Assembly: GCA_016748015.1 (NCBI GenBank)
Contig: JAAOMT010000478.1
Span: 1 to 43,864, forward strand
Direction of reading: 5' to 3'
Origin: Geosiphon pyriformis uo1
Lineage: Eukaryota > Fungi > Glomeromycota
DNA length: 43,864 nt
Shown here: in pieces, positions 15,464 through 26,453 of the stretch
How the letters are laid out: each line of letters opens with the position of its first letter
Position numbering within the stretch: position 1 is the first letter of the stretch
Notes under the pieces: generated by a model
What the model was told of the DNA's origin: nothing
Seen by the model: the letters and a program-made list of their open reading frames with translations, nothing else
The model's database searches: none
Position numbers and translations under genes: made by a program

Positions 15464-18400
15464 ATGGCGGAAGAATATCAAGTTCCCGAGGTCAACCAAG
15501 TAGCTGAAACTCCGCAACTATCTGCGGAAGTTATCGAACCATCTCGAACTGAACCACCCAACGTGGAACCTATAACCCAAGAGCTGACAATGGAAGAGGT
15601 GGTCGAAAAAACGCCTCCCAATTTACAAGATGCTGCTGTTCCAGTTTCTATTAGTGAAACAGTTTCAAATTTGGTTCTCACGGTTCCTGATGAACAAGCA
15701 ACTCCTTTTCTTGAAGAGTCTGTTCACTCTCCCTTTGTTGTGTCAACGAAACAAGATGAAACACAAGAGCCACCTCTAATTATTGAAGAAATTGAAGATG
15801 TTACGGAGATCATCGTTGATCAACAACAGAAACCGACTGAGGCCCTCGTTGACCAAGAAAAAGAACAAACTGAGGCCTTCATTGATCAACAAGAGGAACA
15901 GAACGAGGTCTTCATGGTCCAACAACAGGAACAAACTGAGGTCATCGTTGATCAAATACAGGAAGAAAAGGAGACCATCGTTGATGAAAAACTAGAAAAA
16001 ATTGAACCTTTCCCTCATCAAAAAATGTTAACTGAACCTATCATTGAGCAGCAAAAGGAGCAAATTGATGCCTTTGTCCAACAACAAGAACAGACTGATG
16101 CCGCCTCTGAAAAGCAACAAGAACAAATTGATTCTATTGTTCAATCGGTTCTAGAAAACCCCGAAATTGTAGAAGCAAAAGAAGACAAAACTGGTATTAT
16201 TCCTATTGATGCACAGATTTCTCCAACAACTTTGCCTATGGATTCGGCAGACGCCAACCAACAAGAACAAAAAGTTGAAAATGAATCATCGGATTTTTCA
16301 ACCGCACCTACAGACTTGACTAATTTATCCCAAGCGACATCTAGTTTGCTAGTAACCGAAATTAATTCTACAGAAGATATGGATTCCGATATAACCTCTG
16401 CTATTTTAGAAACTTCAGGGGACTATAAAAATGTTCCACCCCCCGCCTCACTTACCACAACAACTGGTGACGTGCAATTTCATGATGCGATGGCTAAAGT
16501 GAAAGCCATAGCAGCGAAGCTACAACAACAAGCTGCTGCTGCCGCTCAGAGTGCCTCAAACAACGTAGAGGCAGTAGCTAGTCCCTCCCCAAGTGGTAGA
16601 TTTTACTGATTTTTTCATTCAAATTATTCATTATTTATCCTAATACTTTCGTTTTAGGTTCTCATCAAGGAATAAAACGATCTCACGAGGATAGCTATAG
16701 CTCACATGGAACAAGAGATAGTAGTAGGGAAGATTATCGCGAAGATTATCGCCGTGATTACCGTCGACCATCAGAGAGAAATCGATACGAGGATTATGGA
16801 AGAGACTCAAAAAGAACTGCATATGATAGTGGTTCTTCAAGACCAGAATGTATTTTTATCTTATTTTTTTGATGTTTATTTTTCTAGAATGGTCTCAAAA
16901 ATTAGCCAAGAATTTTCATTAAAAGCCTCAAAAATTTTCCAGACGATAGCGGAAGGCATCGTTATGGTCTTGGCAGCGAAGAACGTCGAGCACATCACAG
17001 TTTGCATTATGGCCCAAGTGCAGATAATTCTCGTTCTGGCAATGTTCACGAAGAATTCAAAGTACCAAATGCAGTTGTTGGCCTAGTAATTGGTCGTGGA
17101 GGTGAAAATTTGAAAAGAATTGAAAAAACTACAGGTGCTAGAATCCAGTTTTCACAAGGCGAGCTTTCAAGTAAAAATCTTCCTTTCATTTTCATCAATA
17201 TTTTGTGATGGCATGCCAAAGACTGATATTATATTTTTCTAGATCAACCTCCTGATGTAGTTGAGAGGCGAGTCACTATCACTGGTACTATGGAAGATGT
17301 ACAAGCTGCTAAAGCAATGATTCAACAATTAGTTGATGACGCTACCAGTGGAAACACCTCTGGGCGCCGGGACTCATTTGGACCAAGCCGCACCACCATT
17401 ACGATTCACATTCCCAGCTCTAAAGTTGGTGTTGTGATAGGTCGTGGTGGTGAGACAATACGTGATTTGCAAGATAGAAGCGGAGCAAGAATTAATGTAA
17501 CTCCTGACAGTGCTGCTTCTCCAAATGCTAACGATCGTCCTGTAACCTTAATCGGAGATGATAATGCCGTTCAGCGGGCAAAAGCTCTTATAGACGAAAT
17601 TGTTAACACAGGAGATCAACCTCCTGACAGGGTATAGCTTGATTTTTTAATAAGCTTCAATTTCTTGAATAGGCCACTATAAAATTAATGTTCCTTATTT
17701 TTCGTAGGGTCATCCCAAAGATTATCCTATTAGCAATTATGCTAGCGGTGGTAATTCTTATGGTCATGATTCTCATGGATCAGGGAATTATGGTGGAAGT
17801 GGTCATTATGGTGGTCCACCTGGACCATATAATACTCCGCCTCCAGGTAAATCCTCACAGGAAACAGTAACTATTCAAGTTCCTAATGACACGGTTGGAT
17901 TGATAATTGGAAAAGGTAATAAAATTTTTCATTCAGTAATCATTATAGCTTTAGATTTTTAAAAAATGCCCTTAAAAAAATTTCAGGTGGAGAAACTGTA
18001 AGGCTTCTTCAACAACAATCTGGGGCTAAAATACAAATTGAACCTGTTCATGGCCCTCCGCCAGCTGACCGTAACGTTCATATTATTGGTAAGTGACGGA
18101 ATATTTAAGTGATTGTTTGCTTATGCCAAATTAAATGCCGCGAATTCAATGCCAGTCGTTCGATTGCTGTTTTGTGTTCATGATGATGATGCTCGTTGTA
18201 GGGACTGCTGAAAATGTTTCTGTCGCGAAATCTTTGATTCTTGAAAAAGCTGCTTCTGGAAATGTACATGTCGTTTGCCATCGCTTGTTGAGTGTGATTG
18301 CCTTGATTTTAAAAAATTTTTGATTTGATAAAAATGCTATTTTCTATTTTGGTTGTTTATAAATTCTGGTTTGCGTTTTTTATATTTTTTTGGCATTTGC

Positions 18401-19624
18401 CGATCCTACGAATTTTAATTAATAGCGTGAAAGGCCTCTACGTCACGATCAAGGAAGAGGGTAGGTTTGGTTTGGTTTGTAATCCATGATACTCATGTCC
18501 TAATTTCATCACATTAAAATAAAAATGTTTAACAACTTTCAGAGATTACGGACAAATTGGATATCAGCAGAGCAGTGGATATCAACAGGGTGGTTATCAA
18601 CAAACAAATTACCACCAACAAGGCAGTAGTAATTATCAACACAGTGGAGGGTATCAGCAAAGTTCCTACCCAACAAATACTTATCCTCAACCACCATCAC
18701 AACAAACCACTTATGGTCAAAGTAATCCTGTCGAGTATAATCAGCCTAGTCACAATACCGGACATGGTGTATATGCTCCTTCAACAACCTCCTCTTATGG
18801 AAACTCAGCTCAACAATCTCCCGTTACCACGAACACGGTTTATCCTCAATACGGGACTTATACTCAGCCTCAAGCTTCTTCGACTTACAATCAATATCCA
18901 GCTCAGCCGCAATATGCGGCTTATGCCCAACAAACACCATATTCGCAGCAGCAACCACAACAGGCTGGGCAACCAACTGTTCAAGTTCCAAACATGGGAC
19001 CTCCCGCACAAAATCCAGTTCAAACTCAAGGTAACTACGATTTGCGTAATATCTTGATCGATACTTTTGCCCAAATCAAAAAAGCCAGAATATAGGGGTC
19101 AACATGAAGAATCCTTGAATGATCAATGTCTACAATGCTTTTTATATATTTTTCTTACCAAATCAATTATCAATAATTTATACCTTATAGTAGCTACGGG
19201 ATATTATCAACAACAATCAATAACCACCGACCCAACCAAATCTGACAGTAAGCCAGATCCTCAGACAGCGTCTACTGCCCCATATGGTTATCCACAATAT
19301 GCTTATAGCTATGGAACCGCTTCTGTCGCCCCGATGCAATACCAACAGCCAGCGACGCAACCGACTGTTCCAACAACAAATTCTGCCGCAGCTACGTATC
19401 AGGCTGTAACTAGTGGGTATGCAACAGTTGCACCGGTTTCTTCGGTGCAAGGTTCGGCGGATCAAACACATGCCGCTGCTTATGCCAATTATTACGCCCA
19501 GTATCCGCAAGATCAATATAATCAGCAAAATTATTATCAGCAATATTATCAACAACAGCAACAAACTTCGTACAATTATCAAACGCCTTCGACAAATGGA
19601 CAAAATGCAGAGGCTCCGAAATAG
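15464..19624 (+). CDS. FUBP/KHSRP-like RNA-binding protein with three KH domains, an acidic N-terminal extension and a Q/Y/P-rich C-terminus
   Basis: FHDAMAKVKAIAAKL helix; KH loops VIGRGGENL, VIGRGGETI and IIGKGGETV; C-terminal AAAYANYYAQY motif; exons joined in frame, including a 35-nt exon at 18426-18460. Confidence 0.85.
15812..16144 (+). repeat. Coding minisatellite, ~10 units of 33 bp (two of 30 bp)
   Basis: Units start at 15812, 15845, 15878, 15911, 15944, 15977, 16010, 16040, 16073 and 16103; peptides IVDQQQKPTEA / LVDQEKEQTEA / FIDQQEEQNEV and so on. Confidence 0.85.
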
Positions 19625-20231
19625 TTAAGAATTGGGTTTGTTGTGAAATGAACTGCATGTTACTTCAATTTTGCATCGCATTTTGCTGTATATACTGATA
19701 ATGATTTTTGTGAACGTCCTCCTGTCTTGATGTATCCGCGCTCACCATGAAGTTTTACCCATGATGACAGAATGGGTTCCATATCTGCTTGTATATCACC
19801 ATTATGCTTTTCTTTTTAATTATTTCAGCATTACTTGTCAACTGCTCTCGCATTTCAGTGTTTATCAATGGCCAGGTTTTGCATGATTGCATTTCTTTAG
19901 TAATATTTAGGAGGTTTACAGTGCCAATTTTGTACATCCCAATCGCAATTTGAATAAATTAAACAAAAGTTTCATTGGGACTTTTGATCAATTTTGGACT
20001 AAATTGAAATAATATATTCACGTGGAAAACAAAATATTGTGGCTAACAACAGTCTATTTTATTAGATATTTAAAAGTGGAGTTTAATGATAAAAATATTA
20101 ATATGTATTAACTTGAGCCTGTAAATAAAATTGAAAGAGCAAAGTTTGAAACTGATAAACATTCAGCTGTGATGAAATTCTTTAGATCACACAGAAACGT
20201 GCATTAGAAACCCGCGATCCAGGAATTATTG

Positions 20232-20719
20232 TTAACGATAATGCCCCGGCTCGGGAAACTTCACCCCATCAAAAGTGATTTTACATTTTTTGCATACAGT
20301 CTTTTTTCGCGCGTATCCGCAAAACCGGGGCAAGCCTAGGCAAAACGCCCAGAAGAGGGTGCAAAATGTACTATTCCATGAATCAGTCAGCGAGCATCAC
20401 AAGTTTAATTGGAAAAATGAGACATGGAATTATATAGGTATTTCAAATTTGACACGTACTAATTTGATCGCAGTTCATGAAAACCTCCTTTAGAGCAGGG
20501 ACCCAATTGCGAAGCTATCCTATGTTGTTCAATGATTGCTGGGTCTGGTGAAAGTATTAGAGGAAATATGCATTTTTAAAATTGAAAGGTTTTCTCTCAG
20601 CAGAAAGTTTCAAGAACTTTTGATTCTTTTATTTAGAGTTCGGGTTAGGAGTAAATTCGCAAAATCATTATTGTACCTTCACTCGTTTTATAAAAATCCG
20701 CGTCACCAGGATAAGACAT
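20232..20719 (-). CDS. 88-aa cysteine-rich membrane-associated protein, BRI3 (brain protein I3)/LITAF-like; absent from the ORF track
   Basis: Exons 20719-20677, 20544-20460 and 20370-20232 with GT-AG introns total 267 nt: MSYPGDADFYKTSEDPAIIEQHRIASQLGPCSKGGFHELRSNYTFCTLFWAFCLGLPRFCGYARKKTVCKKCKITFDGVKFPEPGHYR*. Confidence 0.8.
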
Positions 20720-21336
20720 TATTTAAATTATAAAAGGGATATCGTTCTTGAGTGTTTAGTTAAATTTATATATATTTTTGTTTACGTTTGTTTTGCTATA
20801 TATGTAATTTAACAGAAATTATATTATATGAGCAAAGTCAAAAATCTATTTTTATACAAATTTATACAAAATAAAACTTAACAATTAATTTACAATTAAT
20901 GGTGCTTATATAATTTATATATATATAATATAAATAAGTGTTAATTAATATTAAAAAAAAATTTAAAACAAAAATCAATTTATTTTTTGTATTTTGTATA
21001 TTTGTAATTTTTGTTAATAAACTAAAAGATTTAATTGTTTAAACTATTTAAAATTTAAAATTTAACTTGAATTTATTGAATATATAATTTTTTCCATTTT
21101 TGTATTGGATTTTGGTTTTTTCTTAATTTTATAAATAATATTTTCACATTTAAAAATAATTTTTATTTGTAGTTTTATCTCCAAATTTTAATTTACATAA
21201 TTTTTTTTACATAACATCCAATTTTTATTTTAATAAACTAATTCAATTCTGTACATCGTTGAAAGATTACACTGATCCTATAATAATTTTGATTTTTGAA
21301 AATTTTTAGGCCATCATCTGATCAGACACACTATAA

Positions 21337-21821
21337 ATGCCTCAACACCCATTAATCACATTTCGACATCTGCTTCGTGAAGTAAATTCTCAGGTAGTTT
21401 AATAAATTTTCATTCATTTTTTCTTTATAAGTGATCACTAAATTATCTCATCTGCTAAAAAAAACCACCCAGTTCACAAAACTAAACAAAAATCCTCTCT
21501 GGAGAAACGAACTTTTCCGTGCCTTTCGTCAAAAGGGATATGTTAAAAATGATGCAAAAAAAGAACAATTATTACGTGATGCCCAAAATGTTTTGACTTT
21601 TTTGGAAAGTAATCGGAAATTTAGGGTAGGGAATTCAGATGTCCTTGAAAATCAATTTTCGATAGTTGATTATACTGATAGAATTAATGGTTGGCCCAAT
21701 TTGAAATTAGGAATTATTGGACAAGGCAAATCCGACACACAAGCAAAGCGTTCAAGAGCGTGTGGAAATGACAGCACATCGAGTGGGTTTGGAACTTCCG
21801 AAAGTCTATAATGAGGCTTAA
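21337..21821 (+). CDS. FMC1: Mitochondrial ATP synthase assembly factor FMC1-like (LYR family), 3 exons
   Basis: MPQHPLITFRHLLREVNSQ|FTKLNKNPLWRNELFRAFR...AQNVLTFLESNRKFR|ELLDKANP...ERVEMTAHRVGLELP. Confidence 0.82.
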
Positions 21822-22220
21822 TAATGAGTGAACTTCTACCTGGTAATTATTCTGATTAAAGAAATTGGTTAACTACAAGTTTTCTAAATCAAGGCTTTTA
21901 ATTGATCTTCATAAAATTTAAAGCTGTCATTTTTGAAGAAAAATTTTTTTTTTTATTTAAAAACTTGCTCCTTGATTCGTGTGGTTAGAGATGTGATATT
22001 GGTTTATCACAAATGTGTTCATAGAAGTTCCATTAAAAATATTAGATAGGGAAATATTATATAAAATCTTAATCGCGAATTCGAAAATCGTGGGTAAAGT
22101 CAATTAGAAAATGAAACCTATTTAAATAGTATAAGAAAAAAAAAGTTCAAAAATAACTCTTATCTAATGAAAAAATTAAAATCATCTAATTTTCAATTGG
22201 AAAATAATTTGTTTCTTATA

Positions 22221-22821
22221 TTAACCCAACCGGTGACTAAATTCTGGAAAGAAAATACTTCTCTCAGGAACCTTTTTAATCCTTTCATCTTTGATCATTC
22301 TTTAGTAAGAAAATTCATTTATTAGAAGGGACAAGTAAGATTCTCGTTCTGGTAAATCCCGCAAATCAAATACACTCCATTAACTTACCTATTATCCTTT
22401 CTAGGATCCTCTCCTTCTACTCTGATACTCATTTGTGGCGTTTTTGCCTCAATTACATAGTGGTTATCACAATGGGGACAATATTCGTCGGTTTCATCAA
22501 AACTTTCCATGTCTTTTCGAAAAACCTTTTTGCATTTCTTACATGCGAATACCATTTCAGAGCTTTTGCGAAGCTCATGATCTGATGCCTCGGCATGGCA
22601 CTCTGCACAGTCAAACCATCGTTTACAGCAAGAGGCTCTAATTGATACCTTTTTTGAAAGATTTATTTAATGGTGGAAAATTATATTTTAATTGTTATTT
22701 ATGATAAACATCAAAAACAGATGAAAAATAAGGGAACGGAGAAAATACAACTCAGCAGTAATTAACGTCTACCCTTAGTCTCTCTCCATAATACCTGTGG
22801 GTTTAGAATGTGTTTACACAT
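22221..22821 (-). CDS. CHY-type zinc finger protein, 3 exons; absent from the ORF track
   Basis: MCKHILNPQ|VSIRASCCKRWFDCAECHAEASDHELRKSSEMVFACKKCKKVFRKD...EYCPHCDNHYVIEAKTP...|MIKDERIKK. The exact C-terminus is less certain. Confidence 0.87.
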
Positions 22822-23087
22822 TGTAAAATGATTTTCGTCCCAAATTCTGATGCAGCAATATATTTATAGATTTATCCACGTGCAAAATACCAATCGATTA
22901 CTTACAAGAATCCAATTGTACAATTGTTTTAGGCTCAGCCTGTTAGCACAAACTCAAAACTCCGCTAGGCCACTTTTAAGTTATACTTCCTTTCAATTTT
23001 CAGAATTTGAACCACTTTTTCTTTCGTCCTTGGTCACATAATTAGAAAACAACTTGTTTTAAATAAATACCTTAAACTAAAATCGTC

Positions 23088-24122
23088 ATGAAACTCTGGA
23101 GCGCGGCAAACTTTTCTGACCAGGGAACTATGGACGAAGATAACCCTTTCGAATGTTTCAAGCTGACGCGTACACAACGTTTATATGGCTTTGGTATATG
23201 GTAAACAGCTTAAAGATTTTCTTTTAAGCTTTTTCGACATGAATAGTCTCCAATTGAAATGACTCATGAGCTTTTTTGAACTATTCTCAGCTTCGTTTCC
23301 GGTTTCTTAATTAGTATTCTGGTGATTTTATTCTCTTATGAGTCATTCATGAAAGTGGGAATAAAAATTTTACACATATTAATAATTTTGGTGAAAAAAG
23401 TCAACTCTGACGCTCATATCAGGAAATATAGTCGGCTTTGCCATTTTATATACGATTGGTAATGTCGTGTCTCTTCTCAGGTAAGAGTTTTCAACATATA
23501 GCCGTATTTTTACGATCGTTCATCAATTACATTTTCTTCAAATAATTCAATTAAAGTACCGGATTTCTTGTCGGTTTTACAAAGCAAATCAAGACAATGT
23601 TCGCCCCAGGTATATAAAAACTTTAAAAGTGCATGATTTGGTCGAAATATATCTAATTCTTTCAATTTGAATTTTCAGTTCGTTGGGTTGCATCTGCTGT
23701 CTTTCTTGGGTCAATGGTAACTACTTTAATTGTAGCTTTCTTGGTATGTATTCATTCTTTTATTCATTGCGAGAAAACATATGGCAAGATATTTATTAAT
23801 GATATTTTAATGAATAGTTGGAGATCTTCATTCTTTGTTTGATTCTGTGCGTTGTTCAATTTCTAGCCTTATTTTGGTACAGGTAAAGTACTCAAACCTG
23901 AAAATTAAATACTTTTAATAATTAACGAGTCGTTAAAAGTGACTCAAACAAACATTTTTTCTTTCATTTCTAGCGCAAGTTATATTCCTTATGGCCGGTA
24001 AGCAAATAAAGATTTAAGTTAGTCTTTTGTGAATATAACTTCATCTTACTCATTTTTATCATCTTTTCAATAGAACAATTATCAAGAAAGTATTTGGCAG
24101 TTGCGTTGAGAACATAGTATAA
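23088..24122 (+). CDS. SFT2: Got1/Sft2-family vesicle transport protein (SFT2D1-like), 8 short exons; absent from the ORF track
   Basis: FKLTRTQRLYGFGIC...FAILYTIGNVVSLLSTGFLVGFTKQIKTMFAPVRW...VQFLALFWYSASYIPYGR. Confidence 0.88.
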
Positions 24123-24200
24123 AGTGCGAGATCTCCTTAAGTATAAGAATAGTCTCAAAGTTTCAACCCCAAAATGGACTTCATAACATTACTTAGGATA

Positions 24201-24232
24201 ATAGTATAGTATAGTATAGTATTGTATTGTAT
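24201..24232. repeat. (ATAGT)4(ATTGT)2 pentanucleotide microsatellite
   Basis: Read directly from the sequence. Confidence 0.8.
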
Positions 24233-24507
24233 AATTCGCGTGAGTTTTAATTATCTTATTTATTTACATGTCCACTCATAATTTTTTAGTCGAGGAAGTG
24301 ACTTGTCTTAAAAAAGCTTAACTTAATATTGCAGTAATGATATTTTCCAAAGTATTAACTCCAATTGTTTTATTGTCATTTTATTTGGCGGAATCCAATA
24401 AAAACCAACATTCATGTGTAATATATTTATATGAAAGGATTGTCATTCTTTAAATTACCAAATATATTTTTTATTTACATTTGACCATTTTTATTATTCT
24501 ACCCTCA

Positions 24508-25967
24508 ATGACTGAGCAAGCGACACAGTATGTTTCGATCATTTGTACCAAGACTTGTTTGCAAATTTGTACCTATGACAACCAGCCAGAATTCGTTACT
24601 GTTATCAGCACGTAGTAGAACCTGCCTTTCTCGATCTTCACTAATGACAGAACTAAATCAACGAAATTTGGTTGGTTGTCAAAGGTAAATTAACAAGCCA
24701 AAACAAGAAAGCCTTATCAAATAGAAGGCCCAGCTGCTTATGTAATTTATTTGTTATTTTTTGCATAGTCACAAAAAGTCTCTGGTGTATACAAGGACCG
24801 GAGACGCTGGTACGGCAATGCTCGTGAATGTAGGAGGGGTGATTTATTTCTGAAAATTTAATTTTACTTAACCTTATATGATCTATTGTTTGTTTTAGGT
24901 ACTTCCAGCTTGTATAATGGTGAGCGACGACTAAAAACCGACGAAATTTTTCATGCGTTGGGGGACGTTGACGAACTGAATTCAAGTGTAGGGTAGGTGG
25001 AACTGTTCTTTGATTCAACAGTTGAATTGAAAACATTGTTGGATCTTTAAAAAGACTTTTATTTTAATTATTTCTGCAGAATTGCCAATCATTATTGCAA
25101 AAAAGTTCAGAATGGGTTGGAAGATCGATTGATCTGGGTACTTGAAACAAATTCAACATGAAGATTTTTTACCCATAATTCGATTTTCTAATGCGTTAAA
25201 GTCTATGTCTTCAAATGGAAAATGGGTTTTTGAAAGATTCAATGCAAGCTGATTGAACTATCTTCTAATATCGCCACACCTCGTGCCACGTCTGGTGACG
25301 CTAAATTGGGCACGCTATGAAAAATTTTTATCTTCGACCATTTGAAATCACACAAAATTATGCCTAGAACTGAACATTCTTGTCCTTATTTCAGCATATA
25401 CTGCATTCGAAGCAACGAATGTAGACACCTTGGAATCATGGATTGATGAGCTGGACGAGGTTAGTGTTTCTGAAGGATGATATAAATTGGTTTTTACTAA
25501 TTTGCTCATCCATTTAATTACAGCAACTTCCTCCGCTGAAACATTTCATTCTACCGTCGGGAGGCGAGAGTGCTATCTTTTTGCATCAATGCCGATCGGT
25601 TTATATCATATAATTCTGTGCATATTTATTGATAATTGTTAAATTCATTTTTCAAATCTCTCGCTCGATAGATTTGCAGAAGAGCTGAACGTGCTGTCGT
25701 ATGCGCAGCCCAAAAAGGTGTTACAGATCTTGATGTTCAACGATTTCTGAATCGGTAAACTTTTCAGATTTAAAAATAAACCATAAAACCAAACTTTCAA
25801 TCTGAAATATCTACGGAAATTTGGACTTTAATAGGTTGAGCGATTTCTTTTTTGTCGCCGCTCGATTTGCCGCAAAATTTGACGGCTCAACAGAAAACTT
25901 TTACCAGCAACGACGAAAAGATAAGGAGAGTAGTTTGGTGACGCGTGAACTGAATGACAGCAGCTGA
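24508..25967 (+). CDS. MMAB: ATP:cob(I)alamin adenosyltransferase (PduO/MMAB type); alternative starts at 24508 and 24530; absent from the ORF track
   Basis: [40 protein letters not shown]..., [26 protein letters not shown] and [15 protein letters not shown]; stop TGA at 25965-25967. Confidence 0.93.
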
Positions 25968-26453
25968 TCTTTCATGAGCTGGAAATAATAGCCATCATAT
26001 AATCGAACCAAATTTGCAATTTTTTTATAATTACACTTTTGATACAATTTTGGCTTATCGCAAATTTACTCAAACTGAAAATTTACCCATGACCAAAAAA
26101 GCGGCCCACCATTGACTATGGAACTTAACTTTATTCCAAAAATGTTTAAAAAGTCCTTTTTTCTGTTATATCCCATCTCACTTCTATCCCATCACTCTAG
26201 ATAGCATTAATCTCCAACCCAACATCTTCACGGCTAATATGTACAACAACACGCTCTTTGGGCATGTCTTCTGATTTTTCCAAATAAGAAAAAAGCTACG
26301 GAGCAAAAACCACGAGGTTAAGGATAAAAACATAAAGGAACGTCGTTGGAGTGGGAAATAAACTTTGGTGGTGACAGCGGTTATTTTTGGTTATTTCGGA
26401 AATAACAATAATTATTATGATTACTAGTACGGAATCTTGATATATCATTTGCA

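Noticed and set aside
18557-19658. Alternative-frame and antisense ORFs over the KH-gene 3' exons (also 27020-27442, 11717-12052, 14230-14528, 24653-25036 and 29341-29739)
   Set aside because: These are shadows of real exons or low-complexity coding sequence.
20165-20650. Apparent structured ncRNA (telomerase or RNase P/MRP-like): several complementary segments and CCTAACCC on the minus strand
   Set aside because: The GC-rich parts are explained by three cleanly splicing exons of the BRI3-like gene. The template-like 8-mer lies in its intron, and the RNase P/MRP conserved regions do not match.
26290-26410. snRNA/U3-like motifs on the plus strand (AAAACCACGAGG, GTTAAGGA, ATTTTTGG plus hairpin)
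   Set aside because: No U3 box A/B/C/D set, and no U1, U2, U4, U5, U11 or U12 signature in the right order.
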